Both the position numbers and the translations under genes were made by a program. Under the pieces are notes generated by a model, which was given only the letters and a program-made list of their open reading frames with translations, ran no database searches and was not told the DNA's origin. Shown one piece after another: positions 38,200-48,614 of a DNA stretch of 64,000 nt. Source of the stretch: a virus; the IMG/VR virus record IMGVR_UViG_3300027798_003516, positions 31,958-95,957 of that record, one strand, 5' to 3'. Every line of letters begins with the position of its first letter. Within the stretch, counting starts at the first letter, position 1.

Positions 38200-38342
38200 G
38201 TTATTGTAGCAAAATACTTATAACAAGTCAAGAAAACAGGGCTACCAATGTGCCCTGTCTAGCGATACCGTATGTGGCGATTCTTCCGTTTTGATAATTA
38301 TATTACCAATTAAGTAGTGTGTTATTGCCCGATTATTGGTCA

Positions 38343-38370
38343 AAAAGAACGGGCCGAAGCCCATTTCTTT
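38343..38370 (-). terminator. Intrinsic terminator with UUCG loop
   Basis: gggc-ttcg-gccc followed by a U-rich run. Confidence 0.7.
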
Positions 38371-38387
38371 TAGATTAAAAAATTTAA

Positions 38388-38636
38388 TTATTGTGTTTGA
38401 TCATGAGCAACGCCATTGGCGTCCATCCAACTGCCAAAATACATTAGCCAAACTTGTTTAGCTGGATTGGAGTCTGCCATGATTGTTTTGCCATCACCTT
38501 CAACTGCCATCACAGCATCTTTGGCGGCTCTGCATTTTTCTCTGTCGTCTTCTGGCAGGTTTGCCTCGTACACTAGGAATGTAGCAAGCAACGCTTCATA
38601 AGTTGTTGCTACACCGTTTTTGGTCCATTTTGACAT
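38388..38636 (-). CDS. Hypothetical small protein
   Basis: SD AAGGA; terminator follows. Confidence 0.65.
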   Translation of the reverse strand: MSKWTKNGVATTYEALLATFLVYEANLPEDDREKCRAAKDAVMAVEGDGKTIMADSNPAKQVWLMYFGSWMDANGVAHDQTQ

Positions 38637-38647
38637 TTTATTAATCC

Positions 38648-39466
38648 TTATTTAGATGATGCGCTTGCGCCACATTTTGCCCGTTTTGCATTGGTTAACA
38701 TACCAAAATCAACCGGCCATTCTTGTCCAGGTGCAAGTTCGACTGCCCCTTTTGGGAAAGAAAAATTTACCCCTGCCGTTTGCATTATCTGTGCAATTGG
38801 CATACGATATTTAGTTAGATCGTTGCCCAAGTTAGGGTAAGGTGCAACATGGGGAAATGCCCATCCTGCTATTTGTTTAGTTTGATTATTAATAACAATT
38901 TTGTAATAACCATTTGGAACCACAACGCCTTTGCCAATGCGCTTGTCTTGGGCATTGTATACGCCACCAACATAAATTGTATATGGCTGTTTTAATTGTA
39001 CCGCCCAGCCTCGAATGCTGGTTTCCAACAGCTTCCAAATGCCACGATTCAAGCTACCAGCTTGTGGTGTCATATTGGTCATTAGAAATGATTCATACTC
39101 AACTTGCTGATCCCATGACAGATCGCCGTCTGGGCTCATATGCCCTTTATCGTAGCCGGTGGCCGCATAGTCGTCTGGGTGTGGCCCATTTTTTATGCTT
39201 TGATCTTGTACAAATGCATTTGTTCTTGCTATGCAACCCAATGCATTGTTTGGCAAAAGTTCGTATGTGACATACCGAGGTAATTTGGCGGCGGCGTCAT
39301 ACCCTACCAAATATGCTTGACGGCAAATGGTTTGCACGCCTGCGGTCTGTGGGAATCCATAAGGTGCATGTACTGCACATGCTGACAGTGGCAATGGTGG
39401 TCTCTGCTCCCAAGCATGGCTTAATGTAGAGCAAAGAAACAATGCTGATATAACAATTTTTTTCAT
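38648..39466 (-). CDS. DNA/RNA non-specific endonuclease (NucA/EndoG family) with signal peptide
   Basis: GYDKGH, ESFLMTNMTPQ...LNRG.W..LE; TATAAATA at 39495-39488. Confidence 0.92.
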   Translation of the reverse strand: MKKIVISALFLCSTLSHAWEQRPPLPLSACAVHAPYGFPQTAGVQTICRQAYLVGYDAAAKLPRYVTYELLPNNALGCIARTNAFVQDQSIKNGPHPDDYAATGYDKGHMSPDGDLSWDQQVEYESFLMTNMTPQAGSLNRGIWKLLETSIRGWAVQLKQPYTIYVGGVYNAQDKRIGKGVVVPNGYYKIVINNQTKQIAGWAFPHVAPYPNLGNDLTKYRMPIAQIMQTAGVNFSFPKGAVELAPGQEWPVDFGMLTNAKRAKCGASASSK

Positions 39467-39490
39467 TGATAGAGTTCTTTAAAGCTATAT

Positions 39491-40663
39491 TTATACTTTT
39501 GGGCCGCTTGTTATTCCTTTTTCGTATATTTTATCATGAGAACTCTTTTCCCCGCACACTTCGGCACAAAATAACATTTTACCATTTTCCACAGAATCTT
39601 TATTCCAAGCATCATCAAAGAAGTTGTTGAATTTAGGGCCAGACAGTATGTCAACCAAGCTGTGTTTTCTAAGGTCAAATTCATCTAATCCTGTTTTATC
39701 AATTTTGTCATTGAATTGATATCTTGCATAGCTGGTATTTCGTTGTCCAAAGGCGCCGCCTAAATAACAGCAGGGTAATAAATGGCCGCTGGCCGATATA
39801 AAAATTTCCTGATGTTCTGTGTATTCAAATGATTTGCATTTAATCACTGATTCTTTACCAAGTGTACTGCTATATTTTGAAAGAATAGGAATATGATTAC
39901 TGAAACGGTCGATTGAAATTTTATATTCCTTACTGTGCTTTGGAACAACTCGTTCTCCCACATGGTCATGAGGCCAAATTGCATATTCAAAGTTGCCGTC
40001 TTTGTCATGCACATTCAATGATCGTTTTATGCCCTCTTGCTCTCCAAATCCCAGCGGAGTTTTAAGAATAAAAGTAAATCCCAACGATTCAGCCAGGGCT
40101 CGAGCTTCATCAACTTGATGTTTATTGTGATCAAAAATCAAATATTCCCAAATGCCATACCCGCCGGCCTCGCTGTATGCTTTCATATTGTCCCAGACCT
40201 TGTTCCAAACAACGCCGCGTCGATAAATGTGATTGGTATCTTCTAAGCCGTCGACTCCAAACACTACTCCGCTTTTGGAGAATGGAAAGTCTGGCTTGAA
40301 ATTGGGCTTGGGCAATAGTCTGGCAATCTTGGCCCAATGCTCGGGGCCGCGCATGCCACCATTGGTTCGCACCACCTGCTTTAAATTTTTACTGCCATAA
40401 ACTTTAAAGTATAACAAGGTGTCGGGCAAATCTTTAACCAGTCCTGGATCACCCAAGTTGCCACAATAGTTTATGTGTTCTATATTTTTAATTATTTCTG
40501 GGGTAAAAAATGCCCGCATGTCGTTGGTACTTAGATCAACCTGTTCAAAATCAGTCACTACCATGCCGCCGCTGTAGTTGCGACTGCATGCAGGACAGCT
40601 GGCATTGCATCTGCTGGATAATTCTATCTGCACTCTGCGTATCTTTGTTAGGTCATATATCAT
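39491..40663 (-). CDS. Radical SAM protein with C-terminal SPASM/twitch
   Basis: CNASCPAC, GNLGDP, TNGG, LPCC...C.EVC. Confidence 0.9.
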   Translation of the reverse strand: MIYDLTKIRRVQIELSSRCNASCPACSRNYSGGMVVTDFEQVDLSTNDMRAFFTPEIIKNIEHINYCGNLGDPGLVKDLPDTLLYFKVYGSKNLKQVVRTNGGMRGPEHWAKIARLLPKPNFKPDFPFSKSGVVFGVDGLEDTNHIYRRGVVWNKVWDNMKAYSEAGGYGIWEYLIFDHNKHQVDEARALAESLGFTFILKTPLGFGEQEGIKRSLNVHDKDGNFEYAIWPHDHVGERVVPKHSKEYKISIDRFSNHIPILSKYSSTLGKESVIKCKSFEYTEHQEIFISASGHLLPCCYLGGAFGQRNTSYARYQFNDKIDKTGLDEFDLRKHSLVDILSGPKFNNFFDDAWNKDSVENGKMLFCAEVCGEKSSHDKIYEKGITSGPKV

Positions 40664-41373
40664 TTAAGTGCGGCTCTCAGGCTGTCTGCTACTATTTTAT
40701 CAAATGTAGCAGAGGGTGTGCCATGCGATATCATGTGTATCCTGGGCTCTGTGCTGTTGTTCCATACACTATGTATGTTACCAATGTCAACCAGGCAAGC
40801 ATTACCTGAATTTTTAAAAGGAACATCGCCGCAATCTTTCATTCTAAAAACACAACCGTCAGGATTGTTTAATGCCACATTGATTGGAGATAAGAAATGT
40901 TCTGTTCTATCTTGATGTGGTTCAATGTAGCCCTGCGGATCCAGCCACATGTATCGCAGTCGCTGATAATTATGGTTTGGAAATTCGTCTCTAAAGTATT
41001 GCGTAGTGACCGGACAGCGTTCTGCAATTTCTGTCCATTTATACACAATGTCATTGGCTGTCCGACCTGCATTTTCAGGATAGGCGGTGTAGTAGTCTGT
41101 TTTATTCCAAGCTTCGCCGTGTAAACAAATGCTTCGCCAGCCTGGACTGCCATAACTTCTATGTGCAATAAACAAGTCCTCTAATGCCAGTGCTTCTGCC
41201 AGCATGTCTGCATAAGGGGCACCAGGCAATTCTAATGGCAGGTATGGCCAGCCACTTTTGTGTACCAGCCACTGTACCAGTTCTCTGTCGGATTCCAATT
41301 CAGGAACTGCCTGTTCTTTAAAATTAAAAGTCCAGGGCGTGCCGGCAAAAAATTCAACAACCTGTTCATTCAT
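40660..41373 (-). CDS. Asp/Asn beta-hydroxylase-like oxygenase
   Basis: GWRS..LHG, PHQD, HSVWN.S..PRIH. Confidence 0.8.
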   Translation of the reverse strand: MNEQVVEFFAGTPWTFNFKEQAVPELESDRELVQWLVHKSGWPYLPLELPGAPYADMLAEALALEDLFIAHRSYGSPGWRSICLHGEAWNKTDYYTAYPENAGRTANDIVYKWTEIAERCPVTTQYFRDEFPNHNYQRLRYMWLDPQGYIEPHQDRTEHFLSPINVALNNPDGCVFRMKDCGDVPFKNSGNACLVDIGNIHSVWNNSTEPRIHMISHGTPSATFDKIVADSLRAALK

Positions 41374-42814
41374 ATTGTATTTTACCATGTAGCTGTGTTT
41401 GATATCCACCAGTGTGATCATTCCCAACCATTTGTACACAAACATTGTTGTCAACTACAGATTTTAGAAACTCGTCCCAATATGCTTTTAATTCACCAGG
41501 TGGAAAATTCCTAACTGTAGCCGGCGTATAAAAACTATTACTGATCCATATCATATTATTCCCTTGGTGTGATTGCATATCACATAATAAGGATTCATAA
41601 TCACTCAACAGATTTATTTTTAAATACGCATGCTCCAGTGCCTTGTACTTGTTCCAGAACTTTAACCATTGTTGTTGGCCACCAAATAAATCAAGTGTAT
41701 TTGCCCATTCCTGTGGATATTGTTGTTGACGACCAGGCATCCAAATTGGGTCAAATTCTGGAACCAGTTGATTATAGTCTGCAATGGCCTTGATATAATC
41801 TTCTCCGTCCCAGTTTTCAACTAGCCATTTTCTAAAATCCAGTGCTTGCTGACTATAATCAATGTATACAACCCTCGAAGCAGTTGAGTCGACTTGAGTC
41901 AACAATTGAAAAGGTTTAAATCCAGCGGCCACTGCATATAGTGTATTCAATTTCATTGTTGGATAAAAACCTATCTGTTCTAAGCTCATACTGTCATTGT
42001 TGAACACAAAAACAGCGTTGGGAACTCGACTAAAGTCTGTCTCTTTAAGATATTGATGTTGTGCGTATGTTGGACCAGTTGGTTCAACTGTTAGGCCAGT
42101 TTCGCCGTCCAAAATTCGCTGAAATCTGTCATCGTCGATTTCAGGGTACAGGTATGATTTCTTTCTACGGGCACTTTCCGAGAAATTCGCAATGGCCACA
42201 TTGTTTGACAACAAGGTTGCAATTAAATTCCATCCTTGTTTGACTGCACCTGTATAAGTTTGCTCATTGGATGGCACCTTGTCGGTACGAGGCCCCGTTG
42301 GCATTAACCACAGTGGAGTGTAATCGTCGTGAATATTTTCTACACTACGATTATAATCTGGAAGTTTTAGATCTTTTACATGCTCATTGTTGCCGAATTT
42401 GGGCTTTCCAATCCGAGCCCAAACATCTAAATTCAAATAAAAGCTCTGCGGATGAATTTGAAACCATGCACCTTGATTTTTAAACCATGCATTTTTATCA
42501 TAATTCTTATCTTCTAATATATGTGCCACTAAACCATACTGATTACTTTCAGCAAAGTCATGAATTTCGTACAGTAAACTATGGTCACTGGTGATATATC
42601 CAATGCTCATGACATAGATATAGTTATAACCTAGATCATATGCTTGATTTAATAGGATATCAATGCTGTCACTTTCAAACAAATTCTTGTCATTTTTATC
42701 AATTCTAACTTTTGACACTTTAATATCAAACAGAGTAATTGCACGAACATGATCTCTGTATTCTTTTGACTTGTGTCCAAGTTGATCATATAACCCAAAT
42801 GCTATTTTTTTCAT
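41366..42814 (-). CDS. Two-domain protein; C-terminal half possibly SAM-dependent transferase-like
   Basis: YAVAAGF...VVYIDYS..AL...WISN. Confidence 0.45.
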   Translation of the reverse strand: MKKIAFGLYDQLGHKSKEYRDHVRAITLFDIKVSKVRIDKNDKNLFESDSIDILLNQAYDLGYNYIYVMSIGYITSDHSLLYEIHDFAESNQYGLVAHILEDKNYDKNAWFKNQGAWFQIHPQSFYLNLDVWARIGKPKFGNNEHVKDLKLPDYNRSVENIHDDYTPLWLMPTGPRTDKVPSNEQTYTGAVKQGWNLIATLLSNNVAIANFSESARRKKSYLYPEIDDDRFQRILDGETGLTVEPTGPTYAQHQYLKETDFSRVPNAVFVFNNDSMSLEQIGFYPTMKLNTLYAVAAGFKPFQLLTQVDSTASRVVYIDYSQQALDFRKWLVENWDGEDYIKAIADYNQLVPEFDPIWMPGRQQQYPQEWANTLDLFGGQQQWLKFWNKYKALEHAYLKINLLSDYESLLCDMQSHQGNNMIWISNSFYTPATVRNFPPGELKAYWDEFLKSVVDNNVCVQMVGNDHTGGYQTQLHGKIQYE

Positions 42815-43737
42815 TGAACTTTCCATAATGTAACATTATCTAATACGATAGAACTAATTGTGCTTTTCATTAAACTTGACCAATTGACTGTGTTAACTAT
42901 CTTGCCCAAGGGCCAGCGATTCAGTTTCTTGTCACTGGCTTGATAATCAGCCATGAACTCTGGATTGTCAATTATGCTGGCATATATCATGTGAGGATCA
43001 AACATGACATTTGGAGTCATAAAGCTGTTGCCCCACACATCCGTTTCCAATAGGTTGTCTTCGTCTAGCCAGGCCTTCATGTGATCTTTGCCCTGTATGT
43101 CTTCATTGATCCATACATCATAATGATATTCTTCAGTGACCGGGTCAAATGAGTCAGTGATACCTTCTGCATGGCCACTGACCCATAATGCATTACTGCC
43201 TTCTAATGCTCGAGCATCTGCACAAAATGCGCTGTATTGCAACCGATTGTCAAGGGCGGCCCGGCGGCTCAGCGCCGGATATGTGACAAACTCCAGGTCA
43301 TGTACATTTTGATTGATGGCGTGAATTGAATGAAACAGTTGATCAACACTGACCCCATTGGGCATTGCTATTTTGCCACTGTAGTATTCGGTGGCCACAG
43401 TGGTAAAATGGCGGTGCCAAGTGTTGAGTTGCACTTGCGTCAGCTTGTAAGGGTCGTTTAATAACAGTGATAGGTCTGCAATTTCTTTATTAAAATTCAA
43501 CCCAAGATGCTGTTGTAAAAATACAAAGCTGTTGTGCAATTGATTCAGAGGCGGCAATGGATCTGCTTGATACTGCTTGGACATACCATGACTGCTGAAG
43601 TTCCATAATATGGCTGGCAATCTAGCGGCAGTACGAGTCAGGTATTGTCGCCATTCATTTACAAATTTATTATCTAATAATTCAACTTGAACTTGCTGTT
43701 GTTCATTGTCCAGAGTTGTATAATTGTATACCAGCAT
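42811..43737 (-). CDS. Hypothetical protein in the radical SAM operon
   Basis: HRHF...IH.IN..VH.LE, GKD. Confidence 0.7.
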   Translation of the reverse strand: MLVYNYTTLDNEQQQVQVELLDNKFVNEWRQYLTRTAARLPAILWNFSSHGMSKQYQADPLPPLNQLHNSFVFLQQHLGLNFNKEIADLSLLLNDPYKLTQVQLNTWHRHFTTVATEYYSGKIAMPNGVSVDQLFHSIHAINQNVHDLEFVTYPALSRRAALDNRLQYSAFCADARALEGSNALWVSGHAEGITDSFDPVTEEYHYDVWINEDIQGKDHMKAWLDEDNLLETDVWGNSFMTPNVMFDPHMIYASIIDNPEFMADYQASDKKLNRWPLGKIVNTVNWSSLMKSTISSIVLDNVTLWKVQ

Positions 43738-44990
43738 TAGACCAATCCTATAAATTGTGCAAAATTAACAGGTTTATTTCTGCGCTGTGTGTATTGCTCA
43801 AAGAATACATCACTGTCTTGCCGCAGAGCTGGTTGATTATCTTTGATTAAACCTGCATCTAACATTTTAATCAGTCGCTCAGTGTACTCTACTTCAAATG
43901 GAAGTAAATCATTTTGAATACTGGCATAGAAAGCCGTGTATTTTTTGATATAAAAGTCTCTGTCTGCTCTGCTTAGACAACCAAAGCCCTGGAAGTCTGG
44001 TTTGTCTACCATATTAATAGTGACGGCTGGTTTAATACGAGTGCGCTCGCGCATGGCAATGATGTCAATATACATTTTATCCAAGGCTTGCAGGCTAATT
44101 GCGCTACAGGTTGTGCTGACTGTGGCCACACTGACATTGCTATTACATAATAATTCCATGTTATGCAACCATTCATCGTAGACCATGCCTTCACGAATAA
44201 ACTCAGCCACTGCGCCTGCGCTTTCATTGCTGACATTGACACGCAGGTTGTTTAATCGTTTGGCTTTTTCTAAGAATCGTTCAATTACCACGGGCTTTTG
44301 GCAAAGGTTAGTGTGTATTACACATTCAACATTGGGATTGATCTCTATCATCCGGTCAAACAGTTTGAATACTTCTTCGTGCATGAGTGGTTCGCCACCA
44401 CTGACACGAATACTTTCTAGTCCTGGAGCAACTGTTTCAAACCACTGCCAGAACAATGTCATATCTGGGGGTGCGATCATTTCATCCAGTTCGTTCAGAT
44501 CCTTTTGATAGTGCTTGCGGTCGTCTGTGATGATTCCAGTGTATACACCGCGAGTTCGAATGTCATTGATCCAGCTGGTGCTGAACTGTGGACTACAATA
44601 GCTACAGGCCAGGTTGCAGGTGTTTTGAAATGCCAACTCCAATGCTTTTGGTTTAAAGTTGTAAGCAGGATCAAAATATTCCTCTGCTGTCAAATGATCC
44701 GTAAATGCCAGGCTTTTGCGAGTACGATCACTGGTCAAGCCAAGATTCTCAAAATGCCAGCAACTGTTGCAAGCAGGTGGTTGTTCGCCAGCCAGCATGC
44801 TTTGTTGGTGACTGCGCTTGTCTGGGGGATTGTAGAATGTGTCAACAGTGGTGCCAACCTGCAGGAATGGCGTATAATGACAGCTGGCTATCTTGCCCGA
44901 GTACACCCAAATGCTTGCTTCGTGAAACTTGGCCAAACAAAATGTTGGACTTGTTGCCTGACGAATTTTAAACAGTTTTTGCTCATTCAT
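43737..44990 (-). CDS. Radical SAM protein with N-terminal twitch domain
   Basis: FCLAKF..SCH..CNSC; CNLACSYC; GGEP. Confidence 0.92.
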   Translation of the reverse strand: MNEQKLFKIRQATSPTFCLAKFHEASIWVYSGKIASCHYTPFLQVGTTVDTFYNPPDKRSHQQSMLAGEQPPACNSCWHFENLGLTSDRTRKSLAFTDHLTAEEYFDPAYNFKPKALELAFQNTCNLACSYCSPQFSTSWINDIRTRGVYTGIITDDRKHYQKDLNELDEMIAPPDMTLFWQWFETVAPGLESIRVSGGEPLMHEEVFKLFDRMIEINPNVECVIHTNLCQKPVVIERFLEKAKRLNNLRVNVSNESAGAVAEFIREGMVYDEWLHNMELLCNSNVSVATVSTTCSAISLQALDKMYIDIIAMRERTRIKPAVTINMVDKPDFQGFGCLSRADRDFYIKKYTAFYASIQNDLLPFEVEYTERLIKMLDAGLIKDNQPALRQDSDVFFEQYTQRRNKPVNFAQFIGLV

Positions 44991-46309
44991 TAGTAATCAA
45001 ATTCGTCGTGTAGATCATGTTGGGTCATGTAGTCTCGAATATCAGCATGCTCTGGGAATGTGATCCAGAAGTCTTCTCCGCGAATTGTATCCAGCTTCTT
45101 GGTAATGCGACTAAAGTTCTTCAAACTGTCATGCAAGCTGGTGATCTTATAAGTTTCAAGTGAGCGTACTTGCCACATGAACCCAATGGCTGTTTCGTAC
45201 ATAAACAGAGTTTGTTTATTGCATCCTCGTTCCTGTAGCCAAGCCATGTGTTCTCTAAAAAGCTTTTCAATTTGATGCTTCTTCCAGTCTGGAATATTTT
45301 TCAATGAGTAATAGCTTGGCCCATCTAAGACATTTAATAAGATGTTGTCTGGATGAATATAACCAAGTTCTACCCATTCTCTGTGGAATTCAATTAGGTT
45401 GTGAGCATTGGGCCAGCTGAGTGTGAAGCCAATGTTGAATTTAACATGTGGAGATTCAGCTCGCATACGCAATCTATTTGCTATTACATCCTTCCACACA
45501 AGTCCATGACGCCAATATTCGCCCTTGGCATGACTTCCGTCCAAGCTGGCATTGACATTTATATTTTTAAAGTTCTTCCAATATTCAACAACATCATGCT
45601 TGCCCAATGTCAGTTTACTAAAGTTTGTATTATACCTGACTTCGCATGTGGTATTGCCAAGTTCTACCAGTTTGTTTAAAACTTCGTAGTGTTCTTTTTG
45701 CATCAAAGGTTCGCCACCAGCAAAGTAAACGCTTTTCATTGTGGGCAGGTGTGGCATCATTTCCTCTAATGCTTGTTCTTCTGTTTGCCCAGGAAACTGT
45801 AGTTCATCATTGATGTCTTCTTTTACTTTTTTATTGTACAGCTTGCGACTATCCACAATCCAACTGGTGCTAAAGTGCGGGCCGCAACTGCGACAGGCCA
45901 GGTTGCATAGGTTATTAAAGCGAACATCCATGTAGATCAACTTGTGTTCATCTAGGCTACCATCAGGATTGGTTGCGGCCACAATTGAGTGGACAGCTTG
46001 ATTATTCTTAAAGAAGTCATCGTTAAATTTGTTCTTGAACTCTGCTTCTAATTCAACCCTACTGTTGCAACGGCCACAGTTGGGGTCTTCTTCTCCGTTT
46101 AGAAACTTTAAACGCATGGCTCGAGTGGCGTCATTGTTCCAAATTTCTTCCAGTGTATTTTGTTTAAGACTGCCTATTTGTTCTTTGTGTTCGTATACAC
46201 AGCAAGGCTTGACGTCTCCGGGTGGCCCAACATATTGGTGAATCCATGGAAGGATGCAAAAAGTTCTACTTTTCTTTGCTAACTCTAGCGGTTTAAATTC
46301 AGTGTTCAT
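44990..46309 (-). CDS. Radical SAM protein with N-terminal twitch domain
   Basis: FCILPW..PCC..CGRC; CNLACRSC; GGEP. Confidence 0.92.
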   Translation of the reverse strand: MNTEFKPLELAKKSRTFCILPWIHQYVGPPGDVKPCCVYEHKEQIGSLKQNTLEEIWNNDATRAMRLKFLNGEEDPNCGRCNSRVELEAEFKNKFNDDFFKNNQAVHSIVAATNPDGSLDEHKLIYMDVRFNNLCNLACRSCGPHFSTSWIVDSRKLYNKKVKEDINDELQFPGQTEEQALEEMMPHLPTMKSVYFAGGEPLMQKEHYEVLNKLVELGNTTCEVRYNTNFSKLTLGKHDVVEYWKNFKNINVNASLDGSHAKGEYWRHGLVWKDVIANRLRMRAESPHVKFNIGFTLSWPNAHNLIEFHREWVELGYIHPDNILLNVLDGPSYYSLKNIPDWKKHQIEKLFREHMAWLQERGCNKQTLFMYETAIGFMWQVRSLETYKITSLHDSLKNFSRITKKLDTIRGEDFWITFPEHADIRDYMTQHDLHDEFDY

Positions 46310-46317
46310 AATGATAT

Positions 46318-47445
46318 TTATTCAGCAGGCATGGACTGGTAGTCGTCAATCAATCTTTGTATATGTTCATTATGGTTGCGAACAGTCACTAGCTTTTTTA
46401 ATTCATTGATACCTTTACTCAAAAGGGCTGTGTCAATATTGGTTGTGAATTGTAAAGACTCTTTATATAGATCCAGAAGCCGTTGAAACTGATGGTTGGG
46501 TGCAGACTGTGGTAACAATGCCACCAGGCTGTCTCGCATGGAGCATGGAAGCAAATCAACTGCATAATGCTCTGGTCTATCAAGTTTTGTCAAATGCAAA
46601 CTATCTGTATCAATATAATTTAACAGCAACCAATTGTAATAAGGCAAAAATGAGTCAGCATTTAGCCAAGACAAAGTGAAATTAAACCCGTAATTTAGAT
46701 TGTCGTGCAACTGTGTCAACTCTCGAAAGTAATCAACATTGACTTTCATTTTGTCAAATGAGGCGCCGTAACGCAGTGAATCAAATACCTCGTCAACTCC
46801 ATCTACACTGAATTGAATCAATACTCGCTTGAAGTTTTTTAATTCGGATTCAATTACTTTTAGTGAAGTAGTACCATTTGTTGTTATAACCAGCTCGGTA
46901 ACGCTGGCATGATCGCCAGCGGCCAACCATTTGATAAATTTCAAAACCACTGGATTGATCAATGGTTCGCCACCAAAAATTTCCAGGCGTAACTTATTAA
47001 AGCTTGAGTTAGATATAGTATCTTCGATCATTGCAAGCTTGTCACTGCCCTGGTCTATCATGGTGGTAAAGTACTTCTTGGTGAGCCCGCGAGCATTGAA
47101 CTTGTCCAACTTTTCCCACTCACTTATGTGCTGGCTACTGTAATAGGGATTACAACTGATACATTTGATATTGCAGAGATTGTCAAAGCATACACCAATG
47201 ACCAGCTCATTTACATCTTTAAACAACTGTCGATGGCTCCATGTTGCGCCTGCACTTTCTTGATCAATACAATGTCGACAGCCGGTGGCAATATCAATTT
47301 CACTCAATTTACTTTGATATTCGCTGTAGGTGGTGGCGCCGACACCGGGCTTGAACCAACAGCAAGGCATGTATGGCTTGGGTTCATTTGATATGTACAG
47401 GCCATGCCGATGAGCCAGACAGTTTTTAAAAGGTGTTAAATCCAT
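46318..47445 (-). CDS. Radical SAM protein with N-terminal twitch domain
   Basis: PCC..CRHC; CNIKCISC; GGEP. Confidence 0.9.
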   Translation of the reverse strand: MDLTPFKNCLAHRHGLYISNEPKPYMPCCWFKPGVGATTYSEYQSKLSEIDIATGCRHCIDQESAGATWSHRQLFKDVNELVIGVCFDNLCNIKCISCNPYYSSQHISEWEKLDKFNARGLTKKYFTTMIDQGSDKLAMIEDTISNSSFNKLRLEIFGGEPLINPVVLKFIKWLAAGDHASVTELVITTNGTTSLKVIESELKNFKRVLIQFSVDGVDEVFDSLRYGASFDKMKVNVDYFRELTQLHDNLNYGFNFTLSWLNADSFLPYYNWLLLNYIDTDSLHLTKLDRPEHYAVDLLPCSMRDSLVALLPQSAPNHQFQRLLDLYKESLQFTTNIDTALLSKGINELKKLVTVRNHNEHIQRLIDDYQSMPAE

Positions 47446-48611
47446 TTTGCCAATTCTGGAAAGGTCTTTTCAAAACTTTCCCCTCTGATTATGTCGTGTT
47501 GTTTGGTATATTTTACAAACTTATTCCACAATGTTGGATTGTGGGCACTTGCACCCAGTCTATCTGCAAAGAAGGCCAAATCTTTATTGCCATTGATACT
47601 GCGAATAAATGCAGACCTTACATTGTCTGGTACAATTTCAATGTTATACCATTCAGGACGAGTTACTTGAACAAAGTAGCAAAGTATTGAAGTTTCATTG
47701 GCCTTGTTAATAATATCATTTATGTTTAAAAAGTTCAATATGCTGACGGTAATGCCCCAAGAAAGAGATACATTTTTTAATTTTAAATTGAACAATCGCA
47801 GATAGTTATCATACACTTGGTCCCAATCTGCTGGATGGCGCATGTAATTAAATTGTGAGCCTATTCCGTCAATGCTGTATTGTATGTCTACTTGTTTAAA
47901 ATGTTCAAACAGTTTAATTTTTTCTTCTGGATATTGTGTGCCATTGGTGTTGAAGTGTAGTACAATATTTCCTGCTACTCCCTTTTCAATGCATGTTTCT
48001 AGCATGGCCCACATTTCTTTACTGAGCCAAGGTTCGCCACCGTACACTGAAATAACACGAATGGTATCCAAGTGCTGGTACAAATCCGGCCAGAATCTGC
48101 TGGAATTGTTATGCCATGATCGAGATTCATTGATCCAAATTCCAAACTTTTTAACTTCGTTGTCGAATGCATATGGTAGTGTGTCTTTGTATACTGTATA
48201 AAACTCATCCACCCATTGGCTACTGGAATACGGCCCACATGTTCTACACTTTAAATTGCAAGTATTACCTAGATATAATTCCAATACTCCTAGATCAGTA
48301 GAGATTGAATCAATGTGCGTTGTCAGCCGTTCATTGTCACTTTGTCTTTTGCTCTTAACACCACTGTCTTCATCATCAAAGCATAGTTTGCAACCAGGAT
48401 GTCGTTGCCCTGTGTTCAGTGCAGTTCTTGCTTGGACAAATCTTGTATTGCTGGAGCATTCGTCAATGGTGTTATTTTTAACATTTAAAGTATTTGCCCA
48501 TCCACTTCCGTCATCAAATTTACAACACAAGGTTGCACTTCCGTTTGGATGAATTGCCAGACCTGTGTTGGCAGTGATACACCATGTTGCTTTATTTTGT
48601 TCTGTTAACAC
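47436..48611 (-). CDS. Radical SAM protein with N-terminal twitch domain
   Basis: LCC..CKLC; CNLKCRTC; GGEP. Confidence 0.9.
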   Translation of the reverse strand: MLTEQNKATWCITANTGLAIHPNGSATLCCKFDDGSGWANTLNVKNNTIDECSSNTRFVQARTALNTGQRHPGCKLCFDDEDSGVKSKRQSDNERLTTHIDSISTDLGVLELYLGNTCNLKCRTCGPYSSSQWVDEFYTVYKDTLPYAFDNEVKKFGIWINESRSWHNNSSRFWPDLYQHLDTIRVISVYGGEPWLSKEMWAMLETCIEKGVAGNIVLHFNTNGTQYPEEKIKLFEHFKQVDIQYSIDGIGSQFNYMRHPADWDQVYDNYLRLFNLKLKNVSLSWGITVSILNFLNINDIINKANETSILCYFVQVTRPEWYNIEIVPDNVRSAFIRSINGNKDLAFFADRLGASAHNPTLWNKFVKYTKQHDIIRGESFEKTFPELAKWI

Positions 48612-48614
48612 GGA

